Shown here one piece after another: positions 17,674-24,824 of a stretch of 29,098 nt of DNA. This DNA is from Candidatus Methylomirabilota bacterium. GTDB lineage: Bacteria; Methylomirabilota; Methylomirabilia; Rokubacteriales; CSP1-6. Location: assembly GCA_046726415.1 (NCBI GenBank), contig JBKPAK010000194.1, positions 1 through 29,098 on the forward strand, in the 5' to 3' direction. Under the pieces are notes generated by a model, which made no database searches, was not told the origin of the DNA, and was given only the letters and a program-made list of their open reading frames with translations. How positions within the stretch are numbered: the first letter of the stretch is position 1; every line of letters begins with the position of its first letter. Position numbers and translations under genes: made by a program.

Positions 17674-18894
17674 ATGGCATCGAACGGCAACCGTTATAAC
17701 GTCGGTGGCGTGCTGCTGCCGCGGCCATTCAAGATCCGACGCCTCGGCCACTTCGGATTCAATGCCCTGAAGATGGCCGAGGGAAAGGAGTTCTACACGG
17801 CCCTGCTCGGCTTCAAGCTATCTGACACTTTGGATTTCGGGAAGATGCCGTGGGCCCCGAAGGGCGCCGACCTCGGCGATACGCGCGGGTACTTCATGCG
17901 ATACGGGACGGACCATCACGCGTTCGTGCTCTTCAACCGGAACGTGCTCGACCACCGTCCCGACCGGACGTTCGCTTCCGACGTCACCGTCAACCAGATC
18001 ACATGGCAATGCGGCAGCCTGAAGGAGATCACCGACGCGCATACCTATTTTCATGACCGGGAGATCCCCATCCAGCGCGTGGGTCGCGACATGCCGGGGA
18101 GCAACTGGCACGTCTACGTGTACGATCCCGACGGTCACACCATCGAGCTCTACTATGGCATCGAGCAAATCGGATGGAATCAGCTGAGCAAGCCCACCGA
18201 CATGTACGACCGCGGCTTTCGCGAAAAGCCGACACTGCCCCAGATCTCGGAAATGGCCGAGGTGGCCGCGGCCCTCGACAAGGGCACCGACATCTCGTCC
18301 GGCCACCGCACTCGAGAGACGCTTCCCGAGAGCTACGAGGTGGAGGGAGTGCTGCTGCCGCGCCCCTTCAAGATCACCAAGATCGGCCCGGTGAGCCTCT
18401 TCGTGGCTGACGTGGGGCGCGCGGAGGCCTTTTACGTCGAGCACCTCGGGTTCGTCAAGAGCGAGGAGACCACCTACCAGGGCGCGCGCTGCGTGTTTCT
18501 CCGCTGCGGGACCGAGCATCACAGCGTGGGACTGTTCGCGAAGGAGCTCCGCCACCGGCTGGGACTGTCCGAGCACACCACGTGCATGTCATTCGGAGTG
18601 GAGGTAGGCAGCTACGCGCAGTTGCGGGAAGCCGTCGGATTTCTGAAATCGCACGGGGTGACCTTCGTCGACTCCATCCCGCCCGATCTCTATCCCGGCA
18701 TCGACTACGCGGCGTTCGCGCTGGACCCGGATGGGCACTGCATCCAGCTCTACTACTACATGGAGCAGGTCGGCTGGGACGGCAAGGTGAGACCCGCCAG
18801 TCAGCGGCGTACGGTGGGGCCGGGGTGGCCGGAGGCGCTGGAGCCGCTGTCCGACACCTATGTCGACCAGGTCTTCCAGGGCCCGCTGGGCTAG
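17674..18894 (+). CDS. Two-domain VOC protein, extradiol-dioxygenase-like, 406 aa
   Basis: GAGGAGG SD. Internal duplication: GVLLPRPFKI twice, DPDGH.I[EQ]LYY..EQ.GW twice. RLGHF and DHHAF motifs. Confidence 0.88.
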   Translation: MASNGNRYNVGGVLLPRPFKIRRLGHFGFNALKMAEGKEFYTALLGFKLSDTLDFGKMPWAPKGADLGDTRGYFMRYGTDHHAFVLFNRNVLDHRPDRTFASDVTVNQITWQCGSLKEITDAHTYFHDREIPIQRVGRDMPGSNWHVYVYDPDGHTIELYYGIEQIGWNQLSKPTDMYDRGFREKPTLPQISEMAEVAAALDKGTDISSGHRTRETLPESYEVEGVLLPRPFKITKIGPVSLFVADVGRAEAFYVEHLGFVKSEETTYQGARCVFLRCGTEHHSVGLFAKELRHRLGLSEHTTCMSFGVEVGSYAQLREAVGFLKSHGVTFVDSIPPDLYPGIDYAAFALDPDGHCIQLYYYMEQVGWDGKVRPASQRRTVGPGWPEALEPLSDTYVDQVFQGPLG

Positions 18895-18926
18895 GACCGC
18901 TTCCGAGTCTCGGGGAGCGCCGCAGC

Positions 18927-20024
18927 ATGTCAGCTTCGCCTGGCGTCGTCGACTCGATCGGCAACGTGCTGGCGCCGCTCCTGGGGACACTTGATCGAGT
19001 GGAGTGGGTGCAGCGACACCTCTATCCTCCCCTCGCCGAACGGCTCGCCGACGAGCTGGCGCCGAGGACGGATACCCTCGCCAGGCCGCTGCGCGCTCTG
19101 GAAACGCTCGACTGGCCGGAGCCGCTTCGCTTCGCGCGGGACCAGCTCATCGAGGGGACGCGGCAAACGCTTGACCTCGTCGAGGCATTCGTCGCCGCCG
19201 CGCGTTCGCCCGGCGATCCCATCGGCCTCTACCGGGCGCTGCGTCGCTTCGCCAGGATCCAGGCGACGCTCTACCCGCTGGCCCCGGCCTTCGAGGCGGT
19301 GAGTCGATGGTTCCTCGAGACGCCGCGCCGCGATGACGACGCCCTCGTTGCGCGGCTGCGCGCCGGCGCGCTCCGCGAGGACGATCTGCGCGTGGGGGTG
19401 CTGCACGCCGCGAACGAACGCGATGCCCGGGGCGGATTCTCCGTCTATGTCCCCGAATCGTGCGACGGGCAGACGCCGATGCCGCTGGTGGTCGCGCTGC
19501 ACGGGGGGCATGGCCATGGCCAGGACTTCCTGTGGAGCTGGCTCCGCGAGGCGCGCTCCCGCGGTGTCCTGCTGATCGCCCCGACGTCTCGCGAGCGCAC
19601 GTGGTCGATCATGGGCGGACCAGACGTCGATGCGGAGGGCCTGCGGCAGATGGTGGAGTCGGTGACCAGGCGCTACCCGGTCGACCGCGCGCGGATGCTG
19701 CTGACCGGGATGTCGGATGGCGCCACCTATGCGTTTCTCTGCGGTCTCCGCGACGACATGCCGTTCACGCACCTGGCGCCGGCGTGTGGCGTGCTGCATC
19801 CCTTCCTGTTCGGCAACGGCGGGATCGCGCGGGCGCGCGGCCGGCCGATCTACCTCATCCACGGCGCGCTCGACTGGATGTTTCCCGTGCATGCCGCGCG
19901 GATGGCCCAAGAGGCCCTGCTGGCCGTCGGCGCCCGGCTCGTGTACCGGGAAGTTGAAGACCTGTCGCACACGTACCCCCGGGACGAGAATCCGAGGATC
20001 CTCGACTGGCTGATGAACCCGTGA
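18927..20024 (+). CDS. Alpha/beta hydrolase (phospholipase/carboxylesterase) with N-terminal helical extension, 365 aa
   Basis: PLVVALHGG.G, GMSDG nucleophile elbow, HGALD and SHTY catalytic Asp/His. Confidence 0.9.
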   Translation: MSASPGVVDSIGNVLAPLLGTLDRVEWVQRHLYPPLAERLADELAPRTDTLARPLRALETLDWPEPLRFARDQLIEGTRQTLDLVEAFVAAARSPGDPIGLYRALRRFARIQATLYPLAPAFEAVSRWFLETPRRDDDALVARLRAGALREDDLRVGVLHAANERDARGGFSVYVPESCDGQTPMPLVVALHGGHGHGQDFLWSWLREARSRGVLLIAPTSRERTWSIMGGPDVDAEGLRQMVESVTRRYPVDRARMLLTGMSDGATYAFLCGLRDDMPFTHLAPACGVLHPFLFGNGGIARARGRPIYLIHGALDWMFPVHAARMAQEALLAVGARLVYREVEDLSHTYPRDENPRILDWLMNP

Positions 20025-20144
20025 ACGCGGCTCGCCGCGGGCCGCCGAGATCCGGGTCATGTGCACTCTGACGGGCAGTCAACATGCACCCGTCATTCGC
20101 TGTTGCGGCGGTGGGAGTGCTCTGCTAGTGTCGACCGCGTTGTC

Positions 20145-20304
20145 CGCGCCCAGGGTGCCCAGGAAGGGCCCCGGGAAGGCGGTGCGAATCCGCCGCGACC
20201 CCGTCACTGTAACCGGGGACGAAACCCGAGATCGCCACTGGCGACGAGCCGGGAAGGCACGGGGAGTAGGACGATCCGGAAGCCAGGAGACCGACCCGGG
20301 CGCG
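20145..20304 (+). ncRNA. Cobalamin (B12) riboswitch
   Basis: Conserved elements in order: GGT, GGGAA-GGCGGTGCGAATCCGCC, CCCCGTCACTGTAA, GCCACTG...GGGAAGG, and B12 box AGCCAGGAGACC. P1 is CGCGCCC (20145-20151) with GGGCGCG (20298-20304). Confidence 0.95.
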
Positions 20305-20306
20305 TA

Positions 20307-20336
20307 CCCTAACCGGTCTTCGCGGGAGGACCAGGG
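20307..20336 (+). promoter_or_regulatory. Riboswitch expression platform: SD-sequestering hairpin
   Basis: GGTCTTC (20315-20321), loop GCGG, GAGGACC (20326-20332), extendable by CCCT/AGGG. It buries GGAGG (20325-20329), 10 nt before ATG 20340. Confidence 0.7.
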
Positions 20337-20339
20337 ACG

Positions 20340-20405
20340 ATGGCTCGAGATTTCGTCGCTCACGTCAGGGAGCGGCCCCGCTTCATGCCGTCGGCCACGC
20401 TCTAG
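20340..20405 (+). CDS. 21-aa leader/micro-ORF under riboswitch control (MARDFVAHVRERPRFMPSATL)
   Basis: First ATG after the sequestered SD, ends in TAG, and is in frame with the downstream ORF at 20478. Confidence 0.45.
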   Translation: MARDFVAHVRERPRFMPSATL

Positions 20406-20477
20406 CTCGGTCCCCGCGCCTGGGATGCGTGCGCCGACGGTCCACGAATCCACCCTGCGCCGCCATGCGAGCGTCGC

Positions 20478-20822
20478 ATGATCGGCGTCCCGAGGCGCAT
20501 CAGCTCGCCGCGGGCCGCGGAGATTCTCCGCCAGGTCTTCGGTCACATCGCCACCGGCTGCGCGTTCCGCCTCTGGGATGGGACGTGCGTCCCGCTCGGC
20601 AGCGGAGCGCAGGTGTGCACAGCCGTCGTGCACCGGCCGGACACCTTCATCCGGCTCATGCGCGACCCGACTCCGCTCACCTTCGCCGAAGCCTATGTGG
20701 AGGGCGCCATCGACGTCGAGGGCGACCTGTTTGCGGCGATGGGCATCGCGAACTCGATCGAGGAGATGCGCCTCTCGTTCGCCGATCGGATGCGAATCTT
20801 TCTGGCCCTCTGGCGAGGCTGA
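20478..20822 (+). CDS. Stand-alone CFA-synthase N-terminal (lipid-binding) domain, 114 aa
   Basis: FRLWDG...TAVV.RP....RL.RDP..L.FAEAYVEG.IDVEGDL matches the N-terminal domain of long CFA synthases. The ORF stops at 20822. Confidence 0.82.
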   Translation: MIGVPRRISSPRAAEILRQVFGHIATGCAFRLWDGTCVPLGSGAQVCTAVVHRPDTFIRLMRDPTPLTFAEAYVEGAIDVEGDLFAAMGIANSIEEMRLSFADRMRIFLALWRG

Positions 20823-20823
20823 C

Positions 20824-21951
20824 GTGGCCGAGCACGACGTGATCGTGATCGGTGGTGGACCGGGGGGGAGCACTGCGGCCTGGCGACTCGTCCGGGCCGG
20901 CCTCCGGCCTCTCCTCCTTGACGCTGCGGTCTTTCCGAGGGTGAAAGTGTGCGCGGGCTGGGTCACTCCCGAGGCGCTGGCCGACGCCGAAGTGGACCCG
21001 GAAGAGTATCCGGCGACGATCCAGGCCTTCTCTGCCTGCCGCTTCGAGTTCGAGGGCGCGCTCCACGAAACGCGATGGCGGAGGCCGGCCAGCTACGGCA
21101 TCGTCAGGCGAGAGTTCGACCACTACCTTCTGGATCGCGCCCGCGCCGCTGGCGCTGACGTGCGCGAGGGGGCTCGCGTGACCGCGGTGATCCCGGGGGC
21201 GGGTGGGATCCAGGTCGCGAGCGAGCGCGGTGTCTTCTCGGCAGCCGTGGTCATCGGGGCGGGGGGCCATCGTTGCCCGGTGGCTCAGGCGCTTGGCGAG
21301 GTCTCCGGGCGGGAAGAGGTCGTGATCGCCCAGGAGAGCGAGACGCGGCTGCCGCCTGATCGCGTCCGGGTGCTCGGGCAGTTCTGGCAGACGCCGGAGC
21401 TCTACGTCGAGCCTGATCTGAAAGGCTACGGCTGGTACTTCCCCAAGGGCGACGTCCTCAACGTCGGCATCGGGTGCGTCTCCGGGCCGGCCTCGGATCT
21501 GCCCCGGCGGCGGGAGGCCCTCGTCGGGGCACTGCGCGCCTCCGGCCGCTTACCCACTGATCTCTCCATCGCGCCGTTTCGCGGCCACGCCTATGTCGTG
21601 CGGCGCCGGGCGCCGCGTCGGCTCGCCGGCGAGCGGTTCTGTCTCGTGGGCGACGCCGCGGGACTGGCGCGTGATCTCAGCGGCGAGGGCATCGGGCCAG
21701 CCATCCGCAGTGGAATCCTCGCCGCCGAAGCCGTCGAAGCTCATCTGCGGCGCGGCACCGCGCTCGAGTCGTACGCGCGCCAGATCGTTCGCCGCTACGG
21801 AGCGGGAGAGGTGGGCTGGCTCGGCCGGCGTCTGGCTCGGGTTCCTGACGCCATCGCGCGCGCCGCGGTGCGCGCCGTGCTGCGGACGGCGGCGACGCGG
21901 CGGCGCGTGGTCCTGGGGCGCATCTTCGGCATGCGGGAGGTGGCGTCATGA
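20824..21951 (+). CDS. Geranylgeranyl-reductase-like FAD-dependent oxidoreductase, 375 aa
   Basis: DVIVIGGGPGGS, FPRVKVCAG, RREFD..L...A, GYGWYFPKG (YxWxFP), LVGDAAG and GEGI motifs. GTG start 1 nt after the upstream stop. Confidence 0.9.
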   Translation: MAEHDVIVIGGGPGGSTAAWRLVRAGLRPLLLDAAVFPRVKVCAGWVTPEALADAEVDPEEYPATIQAFSACRFEFEGALHETRWRRPASYGIVRREFDHYLLDRARAAGADVREGARVTAVIPGAGGIQVASERGVFSAAVVIGAGGHRCPVAQALGEVSGREEVVIAQESETRLPPDRVRVLGQFWQTPELYVEPDLKGYGWYFPKGDVLNVGIGCVSGPASDLPRRREALVGALRASGRLPTDLSIAPFRGHAYVVRRRAPRRLAGERFCLVGDAAGLARDLSGEGIGPAIRSGILAAEAVEAHLRRGTALESYARQIVRRYGAGEVGWLGRRLARVPDAIARAAVRAVLRTAATRRRVVLGRIFGMREVAS

Positions 21952-22853
21952 AACCACGAAGCCGAAAGGCGGACGCTCAGGCGATCGCCCATCACTACGA
22001 CGTCTCCAACGAATTCTACGCGCTGTTCCTCGATCCGCTCATGGTGTACACCTGCGCGTACTATCGGGATCCCGACGGTAAGCTCGAGCAGGCGCAGCAG
22101 GACAAGCTCGACCTGGTGTGTCGCAAGCTCGAGCTCCAGCCGGGCGAGGCGCTGCTCGACATCGGCTGCGGCTGGGGCAGCCTGGCGATCTGGGCAGCCC
22201 AGCACTACGGCGTCCGCGCCCATGGGGTGACGCTGTCGCAGGCCCAGGCGTCCTACGCCGCCGAGCGGATCCGGCGCGAGGGAATTGAGGAGCGCTGCCG
22301 GGTCGACTACCTGGACTACCGAGACCTACCGGCGAGCGCCTCCTACGACAAGATCGCCGCGGTGGGCGTGATCGAGCACGTCGGGATCCCGCACTACCCG
22401 ACGTTCTTCAGCGCCGTGCGCGCCATGCTCAGGGACGGAGGCCTCTATCTCAACCACGGCATCGTCCACGAGTTCCACTGGAAGCCCACCAGCCAGACCG
22501 AATTCCTGTACCGGCATGTTTTTCCCAACGGCGACCTCGCGGGGCTCAGCGAGACGCTGACCGAGATGGAGCGCGCGGGCCTGGAGATCGTCGACGTCGA
22601 GGCCCTTCGCCTCCACTACGCCCGGACGTGCCGGCAGTGGGTCGAACGGCTGCGCGCGCGCGCCGACGAGGCTCGAGCCCTGGCTGGCGAGCGCACGTAC
22701 CGGACCTGGCTGCTGTACCTGACCTGTTCCACGGTCGCCTTCGAAAGCGGATCGATCGGTCTCTACCAGGTGCTCATGCAGAAGCACCAGGATCCCGCGG
22801 TGGGTCGCGCGCCCCGCACGCGCGAGCACCTCTATGACACAACGCCCCGATGA
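21948..22853 (+). CDS. cfa: Cyclopropane-fatty-acyl-phospholipid synthase family SAM methyltransferase, catalytic domain only
   Basis: IAHHYDVSNEFY, MVYTCAYY, AQQDKLD, LLDIGCGWG, GVTLS, EHVG and HYART motifs. ATGA overlap with the upstream gene. Confidence 0.93.
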   Translation: MKPRSRKADAQAIAHHYDVSNEFYALFLDPLMVYTCAYYRDPDGKLEQAQQDKLDLVCRKLELQPGEALLDIGCGWGSLAIWAAQHYGVRAHGVTLSQAQASYAAERIRREGIEERCRVDYLDYRDLPASASYDKIAAVGVIEHVGIPHYPTFFSAVRAMLRDGGLYLNHGIVHEFHWKPTSQTEFLYRHVFPNGDLAGLSETLTEMERAGLEIVDVEALRLHYARTCRQWVERLRARADEARALAGERTYRTWLLYLTCSTVAFESGSIGLYQVLMQKHQDPAVGRAPRTREHLYDTTPR

Positions 22854-22877
22854 CGGGGAGGTTGGAAAGGACACGGC

Positions 22878-23618
22878 TTGATTCATCAGATCCTCATCAT
22901 CGCGCTCGCCTCGTTCGCCCTGGCCCAGATCGCCACGGTGGCCACGTCGATCTACCTCCATCGCGCGCTCGCCCACCGATCACTGTCATTGCGACCGTTC
23001 GGGGCCATCGCGTTCCGCGCCGTCCTGTGGCTCCTGACCGGACAGAGCCGGCAGCAGTGGGTGGCGGTCCACCGGAAGCATCACACCTTCGCCGATCGCC
23101 AGGGTGATCCGCACAGCCCGTTGCTCCTGGGCTTCTGGAAAGTGCAGCTGTTGAACGTGTACTACTACATCCAGGAGGCGCGGAATCCCGAAACCGTGCA
23201 GAAATTCGCCCCGGACCTGGCGGCGGATTGGTGGGAGCGGTACGTGTTCTCCCGAGGATGGACGGGCCTGGGGCTCGGCACGGCGCTCCTGGGCCTGGCC
23301 CTGGGCTGGTGGCAAGGGGTGCTCGCCATGCTCGGGCAGGGGATCATCTACATGTTCGTGCTCGCCCCGCTCATCAACGGACTGGGGCACTGGCGGGGCG
23401 CCCAGAACTTCCGAAACACCGCGTACAACTCCCGCGTACTGGCCTGGCTGACGGGAGGCGAAAGCCTGCACAACAACCACCACGCCTTTCCGCGATCGCC
23501 GAAGTTCAGCCTGCGGAGATCAGAGCTCGATCCATCGTGGGTGGCCATACGGGTGTTGGCCGCCATGAGGCTGATCGTGGTCGTGGGCGCGCCACTCAAG
23601 GCCCGGCCGACGCGCTGA
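22878..23618 (+). CDS. Membrane fatty-acid desaturase (Delta-9-like)
   Basis: Three His boxes HRALAH, HRKHH and HNNHH, plus DPHSP and hydrophobic segments. TTG start. Confidence 0.92.
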   Translation: MIHQILIIALASFALAQIATVATSIYLHRALAHRSLSLRPFGAIAFRAVLWLLTGQSRQQWVAVHRKHHTFADRQGDPHSPLLLGFWKVQLLNVYYYIQEARNPETVQKFAPDLAADWWERYVFSRGWTGLGLGTALLGLALGWWQGVLAMLGQGIIYMFVLAPLINGLGHWRGAQNFRNTAYNSRVLAWLTGGESLHNNHHAFPRSPKFSLRRSELDPSWVAIRVLAAMRLIVVVGAPLKARPTR

Positions 23619-23728
23619 GCGCGTGTCGACGAATCGAAAGCGAAAGCGCCCGGGGTCGCGGGAGCCCGATCGGGCCCGCCATGTTTCCGGGCCGCGCCGC
23701 ATTCGACGCCACGGAAGGATGGAGGAAC

Positions 23729-24787
23729 ATGACCGAGCCACTCGATCTGACCCTCGCACTCTCTCCGAGAGCGCGCTTCGACGTGGTCGAGCTGAGGTCC
23801 CGTTTCTCGATCGAGCACCGCGACGCCCTGGCGCCGTACCCACACTGCCTCTACTGGTCGGCGCATACCACGGCCGGCTTCCTGGATCGCCGCCTGACCG
23901 CCCGCCTCGGCCCAGCGCGAGTGCCGACGTACGTCGACGTCCTGCGTCAGATCTTCCCGGAGGGCGCGGGCTACGCCCATGACCGGCTCGAGCGCCGCCT
24001 CGATCTCGACGCCGCTCAGCGCGCCGTCGAGCCGCGCAACGCGGATTCGCATCTGGCCTTCATCGCGGGTGGCCTCCGGTCGTGCGTGACCCACCCGAAC
24101 CGAATGGGCGAGGCGGTCTACTTCGTCGATCTCGATGGTGTCACCGAGGGCCGCCCGCGCCGCCGACTCACGCGGGTGATCGGTTTCCAGCGCGAGGCCA
24201 TCGCCGGCCGACTGCGAACCCAGGTGCCGGTGTCCATGCATCCCATCGATTCCATCAACCTCAAGGACCCCAAACTCGGCCTCTACGACCAGCTCTCCGA
24301 CTTCGTGATCAGGACCGGCGTGGGCAAGGGCCGACTGCACATCGCGCTCGATCCAAGCGAGCGACACGCCGCGCTGACCGTCAACGAGTTCGAGACGCTC
24401 CTGATGAAGTACGACCTGGCGGCGGTGTTGCGGAACCCACTGCGCTTCGTGGCCGAAGAGTATCGGCAGGCGCTGGCGAACCCGCGTGCCGTAGCCGGGA
24501 AGGCACTCGGCTACGCCAAGTACGACCTCGTCCGGGTGCTCAATTCCGGCCTCGACACGCTGGGGCTGCGGGGCTCGATCGTCGAGAAGGTGCTCGCGCG
24601 CACCCTGGCCGTTCCGGCCGCCCGGTTCTTCCGAATTCGGCGGTCCATCAACTTGCTGGTGGCCGAACGGGCCCGTGGCCTCCCCGGGCTCGTGGAGGGC
24701 GTTTATCAGAGTCCGATTCTCGTCCAGTGGCAACGCGCGCCTCGCCAGGCGCGCCTGCTCGACGTCACGTTGACCCGGCTGGAGTAG
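23729..24787 (+). CDS. Hypothetical protein, apparent tandem YjbQ/UPF0047-like domains, 352 aa
   Basis: GGAGG SD. N-half has HTTAG, YAHD, NADSH and DLDG..R.R. C-half has AALTVNE.E..L..DL and G.YQ..L..W.....R...V. Confidence 0.7.
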   Translation: MTEPLDLTLALSPRARFDVVELRSRFSIEHRDALAPYPHCLYWSAHTTAGFLDRRLTARLGPARVPTYVDVLRQIFPEGAGYAHDRLERRLDLDAAQRAVEPRNADSHLAFIAGGLRSCVTHPNRMGEAVYFVDLDGVTEGRPRRRLTRVIGFQREAIAGRLRTQVPVSMHPIDSINLKDPKLGLYDQLSDFVIRTGVGKGRLHIALDPSERHAALTVNEFETLLMKYDLAAVLRNPLRFVAEEYRQALANPRAVAGKALGYAKYDLVRVLNSGLDTLGLRGSIVEKVLARTLAVPAARFFRIRRSINLLVAERARGLPGLVEGVYQSPILVQWQRAPRQARLLDVTLTRLE

Positions 24788-24824
24788 CCCTCGGCGCTCG
24801 TTGCGTCGAGGACGACCTCGCCGG

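Noticed and set aside
20403-20405. Pyrrolysine or programmed amber readthrough
   Set aside because: No pyl genes in the window, and the 24 codons after the TAG do not look protein-like. Kept only as an in-frame observation.
20478-23618. Assignment to the known furan fatty acid (UfaM/UfaD/UfaO) or tuberculostearic acid (bfaAB) operons
   Set aside because: Only the methyltransferase family is clearly shared. The flavoprotein is GGR-type and the CFA enzyme is split, so this is treated as analogous rather than identical.
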